This document shows, one piece after another, positions 1 to 7,608 of a DNA stretch of 63,615 nucleotides. The notes below the pieces were generated by a model. That model was given only the letters and a program-made list of their open reading frames with translations. It searched no databases and had not been told where the DNA came from. The first letter of the stretch is position 1. Every line of letters starts with the position of its first letter. This DNA comes from an uncultured Clostridium sp. (lineage in GTDB: Bacteria; Bacillota; Clostridia; TANB77; CAG-508): positions 1 through 63,615 of the forward strand of contig USDL01000004.1 in the NCBI GenBank assembly GCA_900553365.1, given 5' to 3'. A program made the position numbers and the translations under genes.

Positions 1-139
1 CCATATCATTTCTAATTGTTGCACTGCTGTAACCTAAGTTATAGTTTTCAACAATATTTCCTGAACTAACTGGCTCTGCTGTGTTAATATATTCTTCAAT
101 TATAGCCTGTAAAACCTGTCTTTGCCTTTGTTCTAACAT
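1..139 (-). CDS. hrcA: Heat-inducible transcription repressor HrcA, N-terminal 46 codons (gene continues beyond window start)
   Basis: Reverse translation from ATG at 139 gives [46 protein letters not shown]. The SSATIRN(E/D)M motif is typical of HrcA. GAGGTGAGAG RBS upstream. CIRCE operator immediately upstream. Confidence 0.7.
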   Translation of the reverse strand, partial: MLEQRQRQVLQAIIEEYINTAEPVSSGNIVENYNLGYSSATIRNDM

Positions 140-156
140 ATCTCTCACCTCAAAAA

Positions 157-183
157 TTAGCAGTCTTTTTCTTGGACTGCTAA
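157..183. promoter_or_regulatory. CIRCE operator (HrcA binding site)
   Basis: TTAGCAGTC-N9-GACTGCTAA is a perfect 9-bp inverted repeat with 9-nt spacer. It matches the CIRCE consensus TTAGCACTC-N9-GAGTGCTAA at 8 of 9 positions per arm. It lies between the promoter and the hrcA start. Confidence 0.8.
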
Positions 184-184
184 T

Positions 185-213
185 ATAATACACCTTATTT
201 TAGCAAATGTCAA
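185..213 (-). promoter_or_regulatory. Sigma-A type promoter for hrcA
   Basis: Minus strand reads TTGACA (213-208), 17-nt spacer, TATTAT (190-185), directly upstream of CIRCE. Confidence 0.6.
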
Positions 214-358
214 TAGATATTGCTAAAAATTTTTAAAATTTTTGTAACATTATTTTTTGTTTTTCATATATTATTTTTACATAATATATTGAATTTTTGC
301 AATTTACAGTATATAATTTATATGTCTTAAATATGTTACATAAAGGAGAGAATATAAT

Positions 359-1744
359 ATGGATTTAAGTAATATAGAAAATTTGAAACAGTACAAACAT
401 ATCCACCTTATTGGTATTGGTGGAATTAGTATGAGTGGAATTGCTGAAGTTTTACATAATTGGGGAATCCTTGTAACTGGTTCAGATTGTACTAAAAGTA
501 AAATAACAGATAGATTATCTAGTCATGGAATTTTTATTTCTATTGGGCACAATACAAATTTAGTTGAAAAGGCAGATTTTGTAATATATTCTGCTGCTAT
601 TAAACAAGATGATCCTGAACTTATATGTGCTAAAACAAATAATATTCCAGTGGTTGAAAGAGCAGATTTTGTTGGATTTTTAACAAGAATTTATGATAAC
701 ACAATAGGTATTGCTGGAACACATGGAAAAACTACTACTACATCTATGATTTCATTATGTTTCCTTGAAGCTGATTTAGACCCAAGTGTTCAAGTTGGAG
801 CGATGCTTAAGGATATAGGTGGAAATTATAGAGTTGGTAATAGTGATTTCTTTATACTAGAAGCTTGTGAATATGTGGAAAGTTTCTTGAAATTTAGTCC
901 TCAAAGTGCGGTTGTAACTAATATAGATAACGACCATCTTGATTATTTCAAAACTTTTGATAATATTAAGCACGCTTTTGAAAAATATGTTAATTTATTA
1001 CCTAAGGATGGATTTTTAGTTACAAACGCTGACGATCCAGACTGCTTGAGTTTAAGAAAAAATACATCTGCAAAGGTTATTACATTTGGTATACAAAACG
1101 GTAAAGCAAATTTTGTTGGTAGAAATATTGTATATGATGTAAACGGATTTGCAAAATTCGATGTATATAGAAACAATTCTTATTTTGGAGAGTTTAAACT
1201 TTCTGTTCCAGGTCTTCATAATGTTTACAATGCCCTAGCTTGTATTGCTATGTGTTCAAATTATGGTATTGCAAAACAAATATTAAAGACTGCTTTGCTT
1301 AAGTTTAGAGGTGCTAATCGTAGATTTGAATATATTGGTTCATACAGTAACATTGATGTTTATGATGATTATGCTCATCATCCTAGTGAAATTGCTGCTA
1401 CTGCAAAAGCAATGAAGAATAAACCATATCGTCAATCTTGGGTTGTTTTTCAACCACATACATATAGTAGAACTAAAGAATTATTATCTGATTTTGCCGA
1501 GGCTCTACTTGATTTTGATAACATAATAGTAACAGACATTTATGCTGCTAGAGAAACTAATACTTATGGTATTTGCTCTAAGGATTTGGTAAATAAAATT
1601 AACGAATATGGTAAAAATGCATTATATATTTCTAATTTTGATGATATTGCATCTTATATAAGAGGTCATGCTTGTCCTCACGATTTAATATTAACTATGG
1701 GTGCTGGAACAGTCTGGGAAATTGGTAAAAAGATATTAGAATAA
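359..1744 (+). CDS. murC: UDP-N-acetylmuramate--L-alanine ligase
   Basis: 461-aa ORF. N-terminal GIGGISMSGIAEVL Rossmann motif and GTHGKTTTTSM P-loop typical of MurC. AGGAGAG RBS upstream. Confidence 0.9.
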   Translation: MDLSNIENLKQYKHIHLIGIGGISMSGIAEVLHNWGILVTGSDCTKSKITDRLSSHGIFISIGHNTNLVEKADFVIYSAAIKQDDPELICAKTNNIPVVERADFVGFLTRIYDNTIGIAGTHGKTTTTSMISLCFLEADLDPSVQVGAMLKDIGGNYRVGNSDFFILEACEYVESFLKFSPQSAVVTNIDNDHLDYFKTFDNIKHAFEKYVNLLPKDGFLVTNADDPDCLSLRKNTSAKVITFGIQNGKANFVGRNIVYDVNGFAKFDVYRNNSYFGEFKLSVPGLHNVYNALACIAMCSNYGIAKQILKTALLKFRGANRRFEYIGSYSNIDVYDDYAHHPSEIAATAKAMKNKPYRQSWVVFQPHTYSRTKELLSDFAEALLDFDNIIVTDIYAARETNTYGICSKDLVNKINEYGKNALYISNFDDIASYIRGHACPHDLILTMGAGTVWEIGKKILE

Positions 1745-1749
1745 AATTA

Positions 1750-1780
1750 AAGTAACGGAAGTATTAATTTCCGTTACTTT
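1750..1780. terminator. Bidirectional intrinsic terminator between murC and the histidine kinase gene
   Basis: Hairpin AAGTAACGGAA / TTCCGTTACTT with 8-nt loop between two convergent genes. Confidence 0.6.
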
Positions 1781-1820
1781 AGAGTGTTTGCAAATAGGGA
1801 GTTTATGAGCTTCCTATTTT

Positions 1821-3038
1821 TTATATTTTAACTACAAATTTTGTTCCTTTTGGAGTATTGTTATATACTTTAATTGTTCCACCATGTGCCTTAACTATTG
1901 TTTGTGCTATTGCTAATCCAAGCCCAGTTCCTCCTGTTTCTCTGGTTCTAGCTTTATCTGCTCTATAGAATCTTTCAAAAAGATGTTTTTTCTGTTCATC
2001 ACTAATTCCAATGCCTTCATCTGCAACCTCGATAGTTGCTTTTCCATCTTTGCAGTGAGTAATTACCTTTATGTTTTCTCCCTCTTTGGTGTATTTTATT
2101 GCATTGTCTAGTAATATTATTAAAAGTTCTGTTATTTTGCTTAAATCTATGTTTACTTCTTTATTGCAGTTTAATTCTAATTCTAGCTTTTTATTTTGCA
2201 TTTGAGCATATTCTATATAGGGTGAAGCTACTTCTTTTACTACATCATCAATATTTTTTAATTCCTTTTTAACTTCTAATTGATTTGAGTCTGCGGTTGC
2301 TAATATCATTAGTTCTTTTACAAGTTTTGTAAGCCTTCTTGTTTCATTAATAGTTAAACTAATATCTTCTGATTTATCTATTATTCTGCTTTCTGGTTCT
2401 TTAAGTAATAATTGTTGCTTTGCTTGTATTATTGTAAGTGGTGTTCTAAGTTCATGTGCAGCATTTTGAACAAATTCTGTTTGTTTTTCCCATGCTTGAA
2501 AGATTGGTTTTAAAGTTTTTCTAGATAGAATATAGCTTGCAATAATTGAAGTTATAATGATTATTGTACTTAATCTAAAAAGTCTATGCCTTAAATTAAT
2601 AAGACTTTCATTTTCTCCATCAACATTTGCTAGTAATTGTACATACCTAAGTTCATTTGCTGTTGAATACGCTACTGTTGTTATTCCTCTATAATTATAT
2701 TCTGAATTAAGTTTAATTGAATATATTGTATTTATTTTGTTTTTATCAAATTCAACATCACTAATATATTCATATACTCTGCCAATATTTTCTTCATTAA
2801 TTATGTTTCCTTTTAAATCTCTAATAATATAGATAATTCTTGGGCTTAAAACAATTATTTTGTTATTCCAATTTTTATTTGCGAAGTTTTGTAATTCTGT
2901 ATCTATTTCTTTATATAATAGTTGCTCTGCTCTTTTGTATATTAAAACATCAAACACTAAAACTAAAATGGTAAAAACTGCAAATGTATATACCATATTT
3001 TTTATTAATTGTTTTTTTACAAATTTCTTTTCTTCCAT
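1821..3038 (-). CDS. Membrane sensor histidine kinase (HisKA + HATPase_c)
   Basis: 405 aa with two TM segments. H-box AAHELRTPLT. N/G boxes LLDNAIKYT and GGTGLGLAIA. Confidence 0.85.
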   Translation of the reverse strand: MEEKKFVKKQLIKNMVYTFAVFTILVLVFDVLIYKRAEQLLYKEIDTELQNFANKNWNNKIIVLSPRIIYIIRDLKGNIINEENIGRVYEYISDVEFDKNKINTIYSIKLNSEYNYRGITTVAYSTANELRYVQLLANVDGENESLINLRHRLFRLSTIIIITSIIASYILSRKTLKPIFQAWEKQTEFVQNAAHELRTPLTIIQAKQQLLLKEPESRIIDKSEDISLTINETRRLTKLVKELMILATADSNQLEVKKELKNIDDVVKEVASPYIEYAQMQNKKLELELNCNKEVNIDLSKITELLIILLDNAIKYTKEGENIKVITHCKDGKATIEVADEGIGISDEQKKHLFERFYRADKARTRETGGTGLGLAIAQTIVKAHGGTIKVYNNTPKGTKFVVKI

Positions 3039-3092
3039 CTTTCATTTCCTTTTAAAATAGAACGACTGTTAAGGTCGTCCTATAATTTTAAA

Positions 3093-4709
3093 TTATTCTA
3101 AATCTATTCTATTAAATAGGAGCTCTAGTTCATTTACTTTTATGTCTCCATTTAGTGTTATTGGTTCCCACCTAAATTCTGGTAAGCTAAGCATTTTCTT
3201 TATTTTCTTTGATGTGTTTGGCATAAATGGTGCTATTAAATTTGAAATGTTTGCAATAATATATGCACATGTATATGTTATATTGTTAAATTCTTCTATG
3301 TTTTCCTTTGCTTTTTTCCATGGTTCATTTTCATCATAATATTTATTTGCATATCCTATATATTCAAATATTTCATCTATTGCTGCTTTAAGTTCTGCCT
3401 GTTCTATAAGGTTTCCAACTTTTTTGTATAATTTTTCTGTTCTTTCGATAATGCTTGAATCAACTGTTGCTTCTTTTATAATTCCATCAAATTTTTTGTT
3501 TATAAAAGATAAATTTCTATTTACAAAATTTCCTAACATTCCTACTAAAAATTTATTATGTGTTTGTACAAATAGCTCCTCAGTAAAGTTCATATCCTTT
3601 TTTTCTGGTCCATTTGAAATCATATAATATCTTATACTATCTACATCAAATTTTTCTACTAATTCATCTACTGTTACTAAATTGCCTTTGCTCTTTGACA
3701 TTTTTGTGTCGTTCATGTTTACATAACCACTTGATACAATGTATTTTGGTAGTTGGTATCCATTACCTATTCCAAGCATTAATGCTGGAAAGATTATTGT
3801 GTGGAATGGTATATTGTCTTTTCCATGTACATAATATGTTGATAAATTTGGATTATCTTTGCTCATGAATTTTTCAAAATCAATTCCACGTTCTTCAGCA
3901 ACTCTTTTAGCTGTTGTTAAGTATCCTAAAACTGCTTCTATCCATACATATATTCTTTTATCTTCATAACCTGCTACTGGAACCTCAATTCCCCATTCTA
4001 GCTGTCTTGTAGCTGCTCTATCAATTAATCCATTATTTAAGAATTTTCTAGATTCACCAACTGCTTGTTTTCTCCAAGTATTTTCACTTGCTTGTATTAA
4101 GTCTTCAATTTGTTTTTGAAATGCTGATAATTTGAAGTATAAATGCTTGTTATCTTTTAAAACTGTAGGTTCTCCACATTCTTTGCAGTGCTTGTCTTCA
4201 ACTTCATCTGCGTTTAAAGTTGTTAAGCAGTCGTCACATTGTTCTCCAGTTGCCTTTCCTCCACATTTTGGGCAAGTTCCTACAATTTCTCTATCTGATA
4301 AAAATTTGCCACATTTTTCACAATAGTCTTGTTTTACTGTTTTTTCATATATATATCCATTTTCAATTAATTTCAAAAAATATTCTTTAACTTGTTTTTT
4401 GTGTTCTTCTTGAAATGTTGCTGCATACATATCATATTCAAAGTCCATTGCAGTAAAGCTTTTTATAAATGCTTCATGGTATCTTTTTGCTATTTCTTCT
4501 GGTGTTGTGTTTTCTTTTGCAGCTCTTATTGTAATTGGTGTGCCATGTGAATCTGTGCCAGATACATATATTACATTATCGCCATTTCCTCTAAAATACT
4601 TTGCAAGTACATCTCCTGGTAATAATGCAGCTAGATGCCCAATATGCATAAAATAATTGGCATAAGGCCATGCTCCACCTATTAATATATCTTTTTTCAT
4701 ATTAATCAA
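3093..4709 (-). CDS. metG: Methionine--tRNA ligase
   Basis: 538 aa. HIGH-type motif (MHIGHLAA), KMSKS motif and CxxC/CxxC zinc knuckles (CEKCG, CPKCG, CDDC, CKECG). Confidence 0.9.
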   Translation of the reverse strand: MINMKKDILIGGAWPYANYFMHIGHLAALLPGDVLAKYFRGNGDNVIYVSGTDSHGTPITIRAAKENTTPEEIAKRYHEAFIKSFTAMDFEYDMYAATFQEEHKKQVKEYFLKLIENGYIYEKTVKQDYCEKCGKFLSDREIVGTCPKCGGKATGEQCDDCLTTLNADEVEDKHCKECGEPTVLKDNKHLYFKLSAFQKQIEDLIQASENTWRKQAVGESRKFLNNGLIDRAATRQLEWGIEVPVAGYEDKRIYVWIEAVLGYLTTAKRVAEERGIDFEKFMSKDNPNLSTYYVHGKDNIPFHTIIFPALMLGIGNGYQLPKYIVSSGYVNMNDTKMSKSKGNLVTVDELVEKFDVDSIRYYMISNGPEKKDMNFTEELFVQTHNKFLVGMLGNFVNRNLSFINKKFDGIIKEATVDSSIIERTEKLYKKVGNLIEQAELKAAIDEIFEYIGYANKYYDENEPWKKAKENIEEFNNITYTCAYIIANISNLIAPFMPNTSKKIKKMLSLPEFRWEPITLNGDIKVNELELLFNRIDLE

Positions 4710-4842
4710 TTCTTCCTCTCTTTTTGAAATCTACTACCTTAATATTATAATCAATTTGGCAGAAAAAATCAATAGTTTTACAAAATGTAATTATATACTA
4801 TTTTATGAATATTATTAATTTTTGTATTTTCATGAATTAACA

Positions 4843-6057
4843 TTAATCATCATGTTTTGTTGTACGTCCGTGAGAGCAATAAGAATGCGAACTTGAGCTA
4901 CCACAGTTTACTGAGTGTGTACTGCAATAGTAGTGATTAACTTTTGCTGATGTATGTACCGGGCAATATGTGTCACGCACAGTAACGGAACCAGAGCCTT
5001 CACACGTGCTACATTCTATACTGCAATTTGTATCACATGGGCAAGGTTTAGCTGTTAGAGTAGATGAGCACTTTAAGCAAACAAAGTAATGTTCGCCCTG
5101 CGTCGATAAAATATTATGGCCGCACTTGTTGCAAATGTATAAGCCAGCATAAGCCTTTGGCATTCTTGAACCGCATATATCGCAATTTCTTCCTTCATGA
5201 GCCGCGGCATGAGTCCATTCTAATTGACCAGGGCATGGCAACTTACCTTCACCTTTGCAGTCCGTGCAAGTCACAGTTGAAGAAGAATATTCACTACAAT
5301 ACGTTGCTAATGTACAAGTTTTATCTGCTCCTGAACAATATGTTTTTAAACTCTGTTTTTCGCTTGTTACGGTTTCCTTTCCATCACTTACTGTTATATA
5401 CCACCAATATGGTGTATAGTTTGATAAACCGGTTTTTGCTATTCTTACATAACTTCCAGCACTTCCTGTTGTTGAATCTACCTTACTATATGTTCCATTT
5501 AGTGATGTGCTGTAATATAATGTATATGTTAATGTGTCTGCTTCTGCATCTGTTGCTCTCATTCGTATTGTAAATTGTGTTGTTGTTTTTCCACTTTTAT
5601 AATCTGCATTTGCTACGATGACCGGTGCTTTATTTGCTACATTTCCACATAACGCACATATTCCATTAACATAATTATGGCTTTCTGTTTTTAACTTTTC
5701 TCCACAGTTTGTGCAGGTTATTGTGTGTGTTCCATCTCCATTATCTGTTGCAGTTGTAGATGTATGTTCACATGTTGTTTCTCCACCAGTTGTGTTTCCT
5801 CCTGTTGTATTTCCGTCTGATGGATTTTCTTTATTCCAAGAGCTTAGTATATCATCCATTTCGTTATAATCTCTTTTGGCTGAGTTTGTTTTGCCCTCGC
5901 CGTCTTCAAGTTTGCTAGTTATTTCGTTTTCTGCATTTTTTACTTTTGTAATTGTATCTCTATGTAGTGCTATATTTATTGTTACTAATGTTAATAAAGC
6001 TAGAATTACAACTGTTGCCACAAGCGATAATAATGTTATTCCTTTGTCATTTTTCAT
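4843..6057 (-). CDS. Cysteine-rich protein with pilin-like N-terminal hydrophobic anchor and a central beta-rich (FN3/Ig-like) segment
   Basis: 404 aa. N-terminus MKNDKGITLLSLVATVVILALL resembles a prepilin-type K-G-x-T-L leader plus helix, with Ser not Glu at +5. About 26 Cys, with at least seven CxxC pairs. GNTTGGNTTGGETT repeat. Confidence 0.5.
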   Translation of the reverse strand: MKNDKGITLLSLVATVVILALLTLVTINIALHRDTITKVKNAENEITSKLEDGEGKTNSAKRDYNEMDDILSSWNKENPSDGNTTGGNTTGGETTCEHTSTTATDNGDGTHTITCTNCGEKLKTESHNYVNGICALCGNVANKAPVIVANADYKSGKTTTQFTIRMRATDAEADTLTYTLYYSTSLNGTYSKVDSTTGSAGSYVRIAKTGLSNYTPYWWYITVSDGKETVTSEKQSLKTYCSGADKTCTLATYCSEYSSSTVTCTDCKGEGKLPCPGQLEWTHAAAHEGRNCDICGSRMPKAYAGLYICNKCGHNILSTQGEHYFVCLKCSSTLTAKPCPCDTNCSIECSTCEGSGSVTVRDTYCPVHTSAKVNHYYCSTHSVNCGSSSSHSYCSHGRTTKHDD

Positions 6058-6238
6058 TTTTTTCTCCTTTGTTGGTTGTTTATATGCAACCTTTTTATTT
6101 ATAATTTTATTATATTTTATATTTAATTTTTTGTCAATTATTTTTTTAATTTTTTTGTTATATTATGTTGCTTTAGAAACTTTTAGCATTCTTTTTGCAT
6201 ATTATATAGTATATAAAATAAAAAAGGAGGAATTCATA

Positions 6239-6607
6239 ATGTTTAGAAAATGCTGTAATTGCAACAGCAATAGTAACTGTAATTGGAATACTAATAATAC
6301 AAATGTTGCTTCTGAATATGAAGACTGTTTAGAAGAAACCTGTTCTAATGTTGAAAATACATTGGGATTGTATGATGAATGTCAATGTGGTTTTGATAAT
6401 TTTAGTCCTTTTCCTGAAAATCCGGTTTTAGGTCAAAGTTATGTTCCTATTCAAGTTATGGATAGAACATTTATTCCATGTGTTGGATTAAAAATGGGAA
6501 CTGTTTTTCCTGAGCTTGTAAGCCCTTATATGCCAGGTCAGTCTATGTGTGAAATGGAATATCTAAAAAGAAGAAATACTATTGGGGAGGGATGTAATCA
6601 ATGTTAA
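6239..6607 (+). CDS. cotJA: Spore coat-associated protein CotJA
   Basis: Start at ATG 6239 follows AAAGGAGG. The C-terminal region LGQSYVPIQVMDRTF...GTVFPELVSPY matches the CotJA family. It precedes cotJB and cotJC. Confidence 0.75.
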   Translation: MFRKCCNCNSNSNCNWNTNNTNVASEYEDCLEETCSNVENTLGLYDECQCGFDNFSPFPENPVLGQSYVPIQVMDRTFIPCVGLKMGTVFPELVSPYMPGQSMCEMEYLKRRNTIGEGCNQC

Positions 6608-6969
6608 ATACTAGTAATATAAATAATGATTGTAATTACCAATGTAATTGTGGTGAAGATGAAGTTCAAGAAGCTGTTTTGCCTAGTATGGAACTACCAG
6701 AAATAAAGGAATGTCCTAGAGATTGTAAGCGTGAAGAAATGATTATGAAAATTAGAGAATTAGATTTCGCAGTTGAAGACATTGCTTTATATCTAAATAC
6801 CCATCCAGATGATAGAAGAGCTTTATGTTTGCATAATACTTATGCAAAACAATTAAGGGATGTAAAAGATAAATATCAAAGAGTTTATGGGCCTTTAACT
6901 ATTGATTTTCCTTGTAATAAATGGAGATGGCTTGAAACTCCATGGCCATGGGAAAGGGGGAATTATTAA
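6601..6969 (+). CDS. cotJB: Spore coat protein CotJB
   Basis: 122 aa. RELDFAVEDIALYLNTHPDD...ALCLHN is typical of CotJB. Start overlaps the cotJA stop. Confidence 0.8.
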   Translation: MLNTSNINNDCNYQCNCGEDEVQEAVLPSMELPEIKECPRDCKREEMIMKIRELDFAVEDIALYLNTHPDDRRALCLHNTYAKQLRDVKDKYQRVYGPLTIDFPCNKWRWLETPWPWERGNY

Positions 6970-7575
6970 TGTGGACTTATAATAAAACTTTACAATATCC
7001 AATAAATATAAAATGTCCAAATCCAAAGCTTGCAAAAATAATAATATCACAATATCGGTGGTCCAGATGGAGAGCTTGCTGCTTCTCTTAGGTATTTATC
7101 TCAAAGATTTGGTATGCCTGACCAAAAGGCTAAAGCTATTTTAAATGATATTGGTACAGAGGAATTAGCCCATTTGGAAATGGTTGGAACTATTGTTCAT
7201 CAATTAACTGATGGTGCAAGTATAGAGGAAATTCAAAAGGCTGGATTAGGTCCTTACTATACAGACTATGGTGTTGATGTGTATCCTCAATCAGCTGCAG
7301 GAGCACCATTTACCGCTGCATATATTGCTTGCAAAGGAGATCCTATAGCAAACCTACAAGAAGACTTAGCTGCTGAACAAAAAGCTCGTGCAACATATGA
7401 AAAGTTAATAGACTTGGTTGGAGATGATCCAGATGTATTAGACCCACTTCGTTTCTTAAGAGAAAGAGAAGTTGTTCATTTCCAAAGATTTGGTGAAGCT
7501 TTGCGTGGTGTTCAGGAAAAACTTGCTGAAAAAAGATATTATACGAATGATAATAACTGTATGTGTAATAGATAG
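6969..7575 (+). CDS. cotJC: Spore coat protein CotJC (Mn-catalase family). It is continuous only if C7056 of an in-frame CGG is skipped (+1).
   Basis: Frame 0 gives MWTYNKTLQYPINIKCPNPKLAKIIISQY then CGG and out-of-family sequence to a stop. Frame +1 from 7057 gives GGPDGELAASLRYLSQRFGMPDQ...DIGTEELAHLEM..., matching CotJC end to end. Confidence 0.8.
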
Positions 7576-7579
7576 TTTT

Positions 7580-7605
7580 AAAGGAGCCAGATTTTTGGCT
7601 CCTTT
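7580..7605. terminator. Bidirectional terminator between cotJC and valS
   Basis: Hairpin AAAGGAGCCA / TGGCTCCTTT with 6-nt loop, flanked by T/A runs. Confidence 0.7.
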
Positions 7606-7608
7606 TTA

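Noticed and set aside
943-1176. Numerous short or medium ORFs in the supplied track lying antisense to, or out of frame within, conserved genes. Examples: 943-1176, 2860-3060, 5064-5573, 8441-8803, 9539-10072, 34799-35341, 36108-36707, 38156-38530, 52972-53259.
   Set aside because: Each is embedded in a gene with clear family motifs on the other strand or frame. Their translations are low-complexity (F/L/S/I-rich), typical of AT-rich antisense reading, and none has an RBS.
4710-4842. T-box leaders upstream of metG (4710-4842), valS (10261-10347) and hisS (34713-34791).
   Set aside because: The intergenic spaces are only ~80-130 nt and AT-rich. They have no recognisable specifier hairpin or T-box (AANNNGGGTGGTACCGCG-like) sequence.
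5876-6238. A long N-terminal extension of the cotJA ORF in the track (243 aa starting at 5876).
   Set aside because: The first ~120 codons are antisense to the Cys-rich gene and cross AT-rich intergenic DNA. A strong AAAGGAGG RBS precedes ATG 6239, which gives a CotJA-sized protein.
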